A stretch of 64,000 bases of DNA from a virus (taxonomy: Duplodnaviria; Caudoviricetes). Within the stretch, counting starts at the first letter, position 1. Each line of letters opens with the position of its first letter. Location: the IMG/VR virus record IMGVR_UViG_2887198475_000002. One strand, 5' to 3'. Below are positions 34,886-43,359 of the stretch, in pieces. The position numbers were made by a program, and so were the translations under genes. The notes below the pieces were generated by a model. The model saw nothing but the letters and a program-made list of their open reading frames with translations, did no database searches and was not told the origin of the DNA.

Positions 34886-36580
34886 TCAGGCGGCCCTGAC
34901 CCCGGAGATGAAGCTGCCGACCTGACCAGCGAGCCGCTCAGCGCCCCTGGACAGGCTGTCCGCCACTTCCAGCACCTGCTGCGAGGCCTGCCCGGTCTCC
35001 TCGGCCGCGCGGCTGACGCCGCCGATATTGCGGGTCACCTCACCGGTGCCGGTGGCGGCGTGCTGGACGCTGCGGGCGATCTCGGCGGTGGCCGAGCCCT
35101 GCTCCTTCACCGCGACGGCGATTGTGCCGGTGATGCTGTTGACCTGATCGATGGTGCGCACGATGCTGCCGATCGCGCCGACCGCGTCCTGCGTCGCCGC
35201 CTGGATGCGCGCGATCTGCGCGCCGATCTCGCCGGTGGCGCGCGCGGTCTGGCTGGCGAGATTCTTGACCTCGCCCGCCACCACGGCGAAGCCCTTTCCG
35301 GCGTCGCCCGCCCGCGCCGCCTCGATCGTCGCGTTCAGCGCCAGCAGGTTAGTCTGCCCGGCGATGCTGGTGATCAGCCCGACCACGTCGCCGATCTTCT
35401 GCGCCGCTTCCGCCAGTGCCCGCACGGTCGCGTTAGTGCGCTGCGCCTCCTCCACCGCCTGATGGGCGACGGTGGTGGATTGTTCGACCTGCCGGGTGAT
35501 CTCGCCGATCGAGGCGGAGAGTTCCTCGGTGGCCGAGGCGACGGTCTGGACGCTGCTGGAGGCGTCCTGCGCGGCGGTGGCAACGGCGCTCGCCTGGGTG
35601 CTAGTCTGGTCTGCCGTGCGGGTCATTTGCCCCGCGGTCGCGGTCATCTGGGTGGCGGAGGAGGCAAGGTGCTGCACCAGCTCGGCCACCTGCCGCTCGA
35701 AGTCCTGCACCAGCGCGTCGACCTGCGCCGCACGCCGCTCCTGTGCCGCCCGCGCCGTAGCCTGCTCGGCGGTGAGGCGGTCGGCGGTGAGCATATTGTC
35801 CTTGAACACCTGCAGGGCGGCCGCCATCGCTCCGATCTCGTCGCCGCGCCCGGTGCCGACGATCTCGGTGGTCAGGTCGTGCCCGGCGAGCCGGCGCATC
35901 GCCGCTGTCATGGTCAGGATCGGGGTGGAAATGCCGCGCACCATCAGCCAGCCATTGAGCAGGCAAAGCCCGCTCATTAGGCCGAGCACGACGAAGATCC
36001 AGGTCTGCGCTGATTCGCCAAGGGCGGCGCCGCGCTCGCCGCTGATGCGGGCCTGCTCGGAGTTGTACTCGATCAGGGCATCCAGGCGTGCCTGCAGGTC
36101 ATTGTTGAACCTCTCGCGCATCTCGCTGCGGTAGAAGCTCGTCGCCTGCACGTGCTCGTTCGCCTGGACAAGGGCTTGGAACCGGTCGTTCAGGGCAAAA
36201 TACGCAGTGACCGCCTGGGTGAACATCTCCCCCATCTGCTGCTCCCGGCCCGGATTCATCAGAGGGCGGTATGCCAGCAGAGCCTGCTCGATCTGCTCGC
36301 GCAAGTCGCGCAGTATTCTGGCGTCCTCCGCCTTGGCCGCACCCTCTGGGGCGAGGAGATAGGCCGCCTGGAATGCCCGGAAGCGTGTCACGAGATAATC
36401 GAGGCGACCGAGCGCCTGGATGCTGGGAAGCTGGTCGTCGCGCATCTCGGCCGCCGCGACATTGACCGCCGCCAGCCGTTGCACCGCGAACAAGCCGAGG
36501 CCGATCGTGCAGGCGAGGACGATCGCGAAAGCCGTGACGACTTTGGATCGGATGCTGAGGTGATCGAGAATCTGGTTCAT
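34886..36580 (-). CDS. Methyl-accepting chemotaxis protein
   Basis: TM-4HB-TM-HAMP; IAGQTNLLALNATIEAARAGDAGKGFAVVA. Confidence 0.95.
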   Translation of the reverse strand: MNQILDHLSIRSKVVTAFAIVLACTIGLGLFAVQRLAAVNVAAAEMRDDQLPSIQALGRLDYLVTRFRAFQAAYLLAPEGAAKAEDARILRDLREQIEQALLAYRPLMNPGREQQMGEMFTQAVTAYFALNDRFQALVQANEHVQATSFYRSEMRERFNNDLQARLDALIEYNSEQARISGERGAALGESAQTWIFVVLGLMSGLCLLNGWLMVRGISTPILTMTAAMRRLAGHDLTTEIVGTGRGDEIGAMAAALQVFKDNMLTADRLTAEQATARAAQERRAAQVDALVQDFERQVAELVQHLASSATQMTATAGQMTRTADQTSTQASAVATAAQDASSSVQTVASATEELSASIGEITRQVEQSTTVAHQAVEEAQRTNATVRALAEAAQKIGDVVGLITSIAGQTNLLALNATIEAARAGDAGKGFAVVAGEVKNLASQTARATGEIGAQIARIQAATQDAVGAIGSIVRTIDQVNSITGTIAVAVKEQGSATAEIARSVQHAATGTGEVTRNIGGVSRAAEETGQASQQVLEVADSLSRGAERLAGQVGSFISGVRAA

Positions 36581-36725
36581 CGTGATGTGGCGCCGCTAGG
36601 GGGGATTGCACGGGGAGAGGATCTGGACAGCATGTCCGGATGCGAGTGATGACAGAATTCCCGCATAGATAGATATACTCTGAATGTTATACAACTTTTA
36701 ATGATACAAAATTGCTTTTATATAT

Positions 36726-36887
36726 GGCTCTTATCGGGTTTCGGGGTGATGGGTCGCCGATAGCCGTCAGCCTTGCTGCTCCGCCATGGGTACGCTCGCC
36801 AAGTTACTGATTTATTAAGGCAATTCGAGCCAAGATAAGCAGTCGCATTCCGACTCTGGCTCACCACCCCGGAACCCGATAAGAGCC
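36726..36887. mobile_element. 162-bp MITE
   Basis: TIR GGCTCTTATCGGGTT(T/C)CGGGGTG; 8-bp TSD TTATATAT on both sides. Confidence 0.85.
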
Positions 36888-37206
36888 TTATATATTTCAG
36901 ATCTTATTTTTACCTGATTACATCCTTTCCTCAGCTGGCTTCTGAGCTTGATAAAGGTGCTGGGAATTTGGGATTCCGTGACGAAGGCGGTCAGGCGGCC
37001 ATCGTTGATGGGCGTCGCTCCCTAGTCAGACGCTCTACGTCCTGGCAGCCGCACAGAAGCCCGCTGACGGCTTTTCTCCGGTCTGACGCGCTCCTCCGAT
37101 CGACTTCCCAGCCTTCCAACCTCTGCTTCGTTCCCGATCCGCGCCACGAAGCGTGCTTTTCTGCCCGTTCTATGGCGGCACCGAGATCTGGCCTGATAAC
37201 CTGCCC

Positions 37207-38112
37207 CTATGGCGTCACCCCGGTTCGGCGATCTCGTCGTAGCCCCAGCCGAGGAACTGGATTAGGCAGAAGCGTGGCCGAACGGATTGGCGAGCATTCT
37301 GCCCCACGCGGCGGTCCGGACAGCGGTCTCGACGCGGGCGCCGGCGGTAGGCACGCGGGCACAGGCCAGGAGATCGCCTCGGACGCGACGACGGCCTCGA
37401 AGGCCGGGTGCGCGAAGAAGAAGCCCTGCATGTAACGCACACCCGCCTCCCGCAGCGCCTCGACCTCGCCAATCCGCTCGACACCCTCGACAACGAGCTT
37501 GACCCCGAGTTGGCTGGTGAGCGTGACGAGGCTGGCGACGATGCCGAACCGCGTGCGGTCCTGGTCGCAATCCACGATGAGCTGACGGTCGAGCTTGATG
37601 ATGTCGGGCTTCAGCTCGACGAGGCGGGCGAGACCGGAATACCCGGTCCCGAAATCGTCGAGTGCGACCTTGAAGCCGTGGCGGTGGTACTCTTCGAGGA
37701 TGGCGCGCGTGTGCGCAGCATCGGCGATGCTCTCGTTTTCCGTAAACTCGAAAGTCAGGCGTCCGAGCGAGAAGCCGTTCGCGGCGGCGGCGGCGAGGGT
37801 GCGGCGGATGCAGGCGCGCGGCTCGTAGACGGCGTTGGGCAAGAAGTTGATGTTGAGCCGACCATCAAGGCCGAGCCGGGCCGCCATCTCGATCGCCTTG
37901 ACGCGGCAGGCTTGATCGAAGGCATAGCGGTTCCCGTCGTCGATTTGCGCCAGGATCGATCCCGCGCTCTCGCCGGAGGGGCCGCGCACCAGAGCCTCGT
38001 GCCCATCGATGCGCATCTCTGCAAGATCGACGATGGGCTGGAAAGCCATTGTGAAGGGGAACAGCAGCACCTCGTCGCGACACCGCCCACAGTCCCACCG
38101 TTCGTCCGTCAT
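37207..38112 (-). CDS. EAL-domain c-di-GMP phosphodiesterase
   Basis: FQPI..HEALVR, NF.P, EFTE, DDFGTGYS, KLDR, EGVE, QG. Confidence 0.92.
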   Translation of the reverse strand: MTDERWDCGRCRDEVLLFPFTMAFQPIVDLAEMRIDGHEALVRGPSGESAGSILAQIDDGNRYAFDQACRVKAIEMAARLGLDGRLNINFLPNAVYEPRACIRRTLAAAAANGFSLGRLTFEFTENESIADAAHTRAILEEYHRHGFKVALDDFGTGYSGLARLVELKPDIIKLDRQLIVDCDQDRTRFGIVASLVTLTSQLGVKLVVEGVERIGEVEALREAGVRYMQGFFFAHPAFEAVVASEAISWPVPACLPPAPASRPLSGPPRGAECSPIRSATLLPNPVPRLGLRRDRRTGVTP

Positions 38113-38931
38113 GGTCGGCCTCGTTTACAACCTAAGATAGAATCGATTGCCTGCATAACACGTGCAAGTGCCCGCCTCGAAGCCTTTTCAATGGCGAGGG
38201 GGCGCGCCATAGAGCGGGCAGGATTGCACGGTTCACAGCCTGCACCTGGAATCGACGGATTGGTTGCGCCCCTGTCAGACGCGATAACACCGCGATCCCG
38301 CGGCCGTGCGGTAAGGGGTGGCGATTTATTTACATATGCTATTATATACGTATAATAACTTACATCTGGAAATTGGAGATTATTCGAAATGAACGCCGCC
38401 CGTGCCGTAAATAACACTCCAGACAGTGCTTACGATCTCGCCAGCACGTGCCCAAATGCTGAATACAAATATATCTCTGGAATGGAGGCAGAGTATAGTA
38501 TTACTGGCTTTGACCCTTGTGGATTAGTCGATCAATACGGGCTTGGTGCATGGAGATATTACGTTCATTGTCGTGTTTTTAAGAAAATTTATCGGAGCAT
38601 ACATGCTGACCGCCGAAAATCGGTTGCAGCTATGCTGATGTGGCTAAATAGCGTCAAATGCCCAGGCCATCTGCCGATCCTGCCTCCATGATCCCCTGAG
38701 GCTGCGGCCGAGGCAGACAACACTGCCCCCGGATCGCGCCGCAGCCAAGGTGGACCGCACCCGGCCCACACCTTGGGCGGAAGCTTCAAGCTCATCGGAT
38801 TGATCGAAAGCACGGCAATAGACACGGGGGTTTGTCGTCATCTCGCGTATCTCTTGATAGAAATCCCTTTATTAGCGTGCTCATGATTTGCAGATCAGGG
38901 AAGAAAAATAACAAAATATAAGTAGTACACG

Positions 38932-39126
38932 ATGCACTCAGCCGCAAGTATGTCGAACCCTTCCTTTTTGTCTCAGGAAGCCGACCGTTTTCGGTCCCTT
39001 GCTAATGGTGCCAGGGACGCAGGGACTCGAAATTTGCTGCTTAAATTGGCTCAAGACTACGAAGACACGGCGCGGGAATGCCCGTCTTGCCCAACCTGGG
39101 CGGGCGGCTGCGAGCCGGGCTACTAA
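38932..39126 (+). CDS. Small hypothetical
   Basis: ADRFRSLA..LL.LA.DYE..A, a pattern seen in small alphaproteobacterial proteins. Confidence 0.4.
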   Translation: MHSAASMSNPSFLSQEADRFRSLANGARDAGTRNLLLKLAQDYEDTARECPSCPTWAGGCEPGY

Positions 39127-39241
39127 ACCATCCCCGCGCGCTCGCCTGTCTCACGCAGTTGACTCGATAGCTACCGGTGACGCTAGCCTTGTGACATCTT
39201 TTTACACGTATGTTCAACTTGCGCCTGCCATGCTGCCAAGC

Positions 39242-39466
39242 ATGTTCATGGGAGCCGAAGCCGAAGCTGCCGCCATCCGGGAAGCCTTTGAGCAGTCCGG
39301 CGAGTTGGCCGCCGCCGTTGAGATCCAGCGGCTGTTCCCCGATATTTCCGACATGGAGATCGCGCTGTGCTGCGCCCGCGCCATCGCGATCTGGTCGCTC
39401 CGGGCACTTCCGCCATCCGCGAAAGCAACCCGGGCGCGACGTGGAAAGGATCGATCCGGCAAATAA
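39242..39466 (+). CDS. Small hypothetical
   Basis: EAEAAAIR..GELAAAVE..LFP. Confidence 0.45.
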   Translation: MFMGAEAEAAAIREAFEQSGELAAAVEIQRLFPDISDMEIALCCARAIAIWSLRALPPSAKATRARRGKDRSGK

Positions 39467-39599
39467 TTGCCCGCGGTCCCGGAACGAGGCCTGCGACCAA
39501 GCGTAGGAGCGGAGCTGTCCGGAGTCCCTTCGCAGGACGGACGTCAGGGTTCCGGCAGCGCGGCCGGCGCGGTTCGCACCCTCGCCCGCGCCGGCCGCC

Positions 39600-39760
39600 T
39601 ACTCGGCGACGTCCAGCGTGACCAGCGACGCCAGTGCCCGCTGCACTGGTGGCATGCCAGCCGCTCCCTGCCGCTCAAGGCGACGGCGATGTCAGCGAGC
39701 GAGGTGGTGTCGGATCCCTGGATCCCCGCGATCACGCCGATGGGGCAGAGCTGGGTGGCC
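39600..39760 (-). pseudogene. Decayed serine-recombinase C-terminal fragment (copy 1)
   Basis: VIAGIQGSDTTSLADIA; direct repeat of 40735-40805. Confidence 0.5.
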
Positions 39761-39847
39761 ACCGTCGTTTCCCTGGCACCGCCGGACCCGCTGACGGCGC
39801 TGGAGGACCAGGCTGCCAGCCTGGGCACCGGCACGCGGGGCGACCTG

Positions 39848-39891
39848 TTTGTCCGGAATAACCCGGACATTTGTCCGGAATAACCCGGACA
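39848..39891. repeat. Perfect 22-bp tandem duplication of a palindromic unit
   Basis: TTTGTCCGGAATAACCCGGACA x2. Confidence 0.9.
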
Positions 39892-40024
39892 GAATTACAG
39901 AAAATAACGATTAACAATGTTAAAGAATCTGTTAAAGATTCTTCCTACATTTGTACATTATCAACCTTAAATCCATAAGTATCGACATAGGAAATTAACC
40001 AAAAATAGAATACTGGAGTCGGAA

Positions 40025-40612
40025 ATGCTTGATACAGCGACTGCGCTGATCATCGAACCCAACCCAGCCGTCGCATCTGCGCTCTGCACTGCTCTGAAAT
40101 ATGCTGGTATCCGCGAAATCATTGAAGCGCATGACATTGCCTCCGGCTTTGCCGGCCTGGAGCGCGTGCCCCGCGTCGATTGCGCTGTCATCGATCTCAG
40201 CTTTCCGCGCGAGCATGCCCTCGGCATGGCGCAGCGCGCCGCCGACCTGTCCATTCCGGCCGTGTTCACGACTGCCGATTACCGCAAGGTGGAGTGGTTT
40301 GCATTCGGGGACTCGCTGCCACTCTGCAAGCCGTTCCTCATTCGTGAATTGCTCGAATGCCTTGAGCTCGAGATTGAGCGGTCCAGGCGCCTGCAATTGG
40401 AAGCGGCGGCCAATCGGGAGCATTCCGAACGCGTTCGGTTGGATGCTGCTGCCGAGCGGGAGCGTGCCATCCGCCTTCGCCTGCTGAGCGCAGCCACCAG
40501 AGAACGCTACCAACGCATCCGAGAGGCTAGGGCTGAGAGACAACGGCACGAACATGAAGAGGAATTGCGCCGCCTAGGCATAACGCTTCCTCGCTCATTC
40601 CGCTCCTCCTGA
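40025..40612 (+). CDS. Receiver-domain-like protein with coiled-coil tail
   Basis: ALIIE, DCAVID, VFTTA, KPF. Confidence 0.7.
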   Translation: MLDTATALIIEPNPAVASALCTALKYAGIREIIEAHDIASGFAGLERVPRVDCAVIDLSFPREHALGMAQRAADLSIPAVFTTADYRKVEWFAFGDSLPLCKPFLIRELLECLELEIERSRRLQLEAAANREHSERVRLDAAAERERAIRLRLLSAATRERYQRIREARAERQRHEHEEELRRLGITLPRSFRSS

Positions 40613-40640
40613 CGAAAGCGCTGGCAGAATCCGGCGCCGG

Positions 40641-40805
40641 TCACCCGACCAGCCGCGCCAGGATCCGCTGCACCGTTGCCGCGTGCCACCCACCCCGGCC
40701 GCTTGGCGTCGGGATCGACCGGGCCGCCAGCTCGGCGGCAATGTCGAACAGCAAGGTGGTGTTGGATCCCTGGATTTCCGCGATCACGGCGATGGGCAGA
40801 GCTGG
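40641..40805 (-). pseudogene. Serine-recombinase C-terminal DNA-binding fragment (copy 2)
   Basis: IAAELAARSIPTPSGRGGWHAATVQRILAR. Confidence 0.6.
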
Positions 40806-41034
40806 GGTAAGTTGAACATACGTGTAAAAAGTGGTCACTAGGACACGGTCATCATATTTATCAATAGGTTGTGCAGCCAGCGCTAGGGTCGTCTGAGCTG
40901 ATTAGACGCGATAACTGTTCTTATCGCGTAATAGGACTCCCGGCCACAATCGCCGGCAAGTTGCCGAAATCACGACAGAAAGCCCGGGCCTGGATAGGAC
41001 GGTCGAGCGCGATTCCAGGCGATGCTGCTGCCGG

Positions 41035-41454
41035 TCATGCCGGGAACGCCTGCACTTCGAGGCGCCTTCCCAGCGCCCGCAGCGCGGTTTCCACGCTGCC
41101 GATGTGGCTGCGGTGCAGTGGGTCGCGCAGCCGTCGCACGGCCCTTTCGTCCAGGCCGATCTGGTGCCCCAGCTCGACGTTGGAGATGCCGGCGGCGAGC
41201 ATCGCGCCGTGCAGCGCCAGCTTGGCAGCGACCAAGGACGGCACACCGACGACAGGACGCCCCTTGGCAGCAGGCGGGGCGGGGATCGGCTTGCCCGCCT
41301 CAACGAACGTGCTCAACGCCGTGACCAGCAAGTCTTCCGCCCGGGTCAGGGCCTCGCCCTCAGTCGCGCCCCAGGTCGAGCCCGGCAGGCGATCGAACGA
41401 GACGGCAATGCTGCCGTCATCGGATTCCAGTGTCGCTGGATAGGCGAAGCGCAT
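41035..41454 (-). CDS. hicB: HicB-family antitoxin
   Basis: YPA.L..DDG...VSF..LPG..T.G.T..EAL..A; C-terminal HTH. Confidence 0.85.
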   Translation of the reverse strand: MRFAYPATLESDDGSIAVSFDRLPGSTWGATEGEALTRAEDLLVTALSTFVEAGKPIPAPPAAKGRPVVGVPSLVAAKLALHGAMLAAGISNVELGHQIGLDERAVRRLRDPLHRSHIGSVETALRALGRRLEVQAFPA

Positions 41455-41768
41455 CGGCCCGTCCTCCGGATCAGCTTTGCCGGCTCAGTATCGGACAAAT
41501 TTGTCCGAACGCTCAACTCCCGCCACCATGCCCCATCCGCATCGGCTCGAACGGCGCCGCCTCGCCCGCGCTGGCGCAGCTCGACGGCGACGTGTCGTTC
41601 CCTTCGGGCGAGGAGGCGCGACGACATAGGCCGTGCGGCCGTTCTGGAAGGCGCAGAGGCCGGTATCGGGCGCGGAACGCGGAAACCGGGCACGGGCGCT
41701 TCCTGGGGCCTTCCTGGGCCGCCAGGACGGCCGCCGTGGCAGCGAAGGCCGCGGCCTCTGCCCCATCG

Positions 41769-41972
41769 TCATCGAGCCGTGAAGTTCAGCTCGCACGCGC
41801 GCGCGTCCCACCTCCTCTCCCTTCTTTCTTTCTTCCCTTCTTTTCTTCTTTTGTAGTTGGTCCCTCTTCGGTCCCTCTTCGGTCCTTCTTCGGTCCTGGC
41901 TTCGGTTCCGCTTTGGTCCTGCGTTGCTTCTGATTTGCCTACAAAGCATTGGAATGCATAGCAATTTGCCAT
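41769..41972 (-). pseudogene. Remnant of a phage replication-initiator linker with 11-bp repeats
   Basis: NCY..Q..GT..RD..GTN.K..KEGKK pattern; TCTTCGGTCC(C/T) tandem at 41859-41920. Confidence 0.45.
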
Positions 41973-42080
41973 GCGCGCTATGGTCCTGGCGTGGCGCGAG
42001 CAATGGTCCGAAATTGCCTCGATGGCACCGCCATCGACAGCGTGACGAATCGCGATGAATCGGGCGTCCGATCCGGCGTC

Positions 42081-43314
42081 GTCATGAACTCGGGCCTGAA
42101 GGCCCGAGCTTGTAGGTGCCCAAGATGAGGCTACGCGGCCCTACGTTCGGCAGCATGACGGCTGCCCCGCCGCGAGATGTTCACGGCGGCTGTGGTGTCG
42201 GCGGGGCCAGCGTGCCCGCATTGGATGCACCGGAAGGTGTCGCGATCTGGGCGGTTGCGCTTGTCTATCATCCCGCAGCACGGGCACTCACGGCTCGTGT
42301 TGCGCGGATCTACGCAGACAAGTGGCACGCCTTCCATCGCGGCCTTGTAGGTCAGGAAGGCCCGGAGTTGGTGGAAGCTCCAACTGTGGTGCGCGCGGCG
42401 CTGGGACCGTCTGACCGTTGTCCGCGCGCGGATGCCCTTGAGGTCTTCCAGGGCAATGCCGCGTCCGGTGTCTTTGGCCTTCCGCACGATGGCTTTGCTG
42501 ATCCGGTGGTTCACGTCGCGGGCAAACCGCGACTCCTTGGCCCGGCGCCGCTTCAGCAGGCGCTTGGCCGACTTGGTTCCCTTCTTCTGAAGCTTGCGGC
42601 GGAGGCGTGCATGTCGGTTGCGCAGATTGGCGATGTGCGCGCCGCTGAACGTCTCCCCATCGTTGTCGGCGGCGATGTTCTTCCGGCCGAGATCGACGCC
42701 GAGGTATTCGGTCGGGTCGCCCGGCGGCACATCGCCAACGTCGATGGTCACATAGAGGAAGAACTGCCCGTCGCGGTAGATCAGGTCTGCCTGCCCGCGC
42801 ACTCGATCAAGCCGGGCGTGCTGGTAGGCGCCGGCCACCCACGGCATGATCTCGCGCCCATCCACCGTCAGGACCGAAACCCGGTCCGATCCTTTCCACG
42901 ACAGGATGCGCTCGTCATAGACAATGGCGCCGTGCGGCCGGAACGACGGTTGGATGGATTTGTCTCGCTTGTAGACCTCGACCACCTTGGCGATGGCGCG
43001 AACGGTCATCTGCGCGGACAGACCAAAGTCAGCGCGGATACCGTGGTAGGCGATCTTCTGAAGCTCAACCTTGTTGGCACATTTGTTGCTGAAGGCAATG
43101 GCAGCAAGCGTGTCGCAGGCAGCATTGAACTGCTCCATCGTCTTCAACAGAGACGCCGCCTGTTCGGCGGTAGGCAACAGCTTCACCTGCATCGTCAGCT
43201 TCATAAAAATCTATATAGGAATCGCTCAATGCAAAGTCAACACCGCATAGCCGACTTCGCCGGCTGCGCTATCCCTCCGCCGGCTAAAGCCGGCGGCATC
43301 TCGCGCAAGCCATG
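42081..43314 (-). mobile_element. tnpA-less IS200/IS605-family element
   Basis: LE hairpin CCGCCGGCTTTAGCCGGCGG with guide GATG predicting cleavage site TCAC (43318-43315); RE hairpin CTCGGGCCTTCAGGCCCGAG with guide CAAG and end TGAC at 42081. Confidence 0.85.
42131..43204 (-). CDS. tnpB: RNA-guided endonuclease TnpB
   Basis: GVDLG, IALEDL, TSRECPCCG..CIQCG..ADTTAAVNI; RuvC D-E-D intact. Confidence 0.95.
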   Translation of the reverse strand: MKLTMQVKLLPTAEQAASLLKTMEQFNAACDTLAAIAFSNKCANKVELQKIAYHGIRADFGLSAQMTVRAIAKVVEVYKRDKSIQPSFRPHGAIVYDERILSWKGSDRVSVLTVDGREIMPWVAGAYQHARLDRVRGQADLIYRDGQFFLYVTIDVGDVPPGDPTEYLGVDLGRKNIAADNDGETFSGAHIANLRNRHARLRRKLQKKGTKSAKRLLKRRRAKESRFARDVNHRISKAIVRKAKDTGRGIALEDLKGIRARTTVRRSQRRAHHSWSFHQLRAFLTYKAAMEGVPLVCVDPRNTSRECPCCGMIDKRNRPDRDTFRCIQCGHAGPADTTAAVNISRRGSRHAAERRAA

Positions 43315-43359
43315 GTGAGAATCAGGCCCGGCCCGGCGTCGTGACGCCAGCATGGGGGC

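Noticed and set aside
42131-43204. TnpB as a nuclease-dead repressor (TldR-like)
   Set aside because: RuvC D, E and D residues appear intact and both IS ends are retained.
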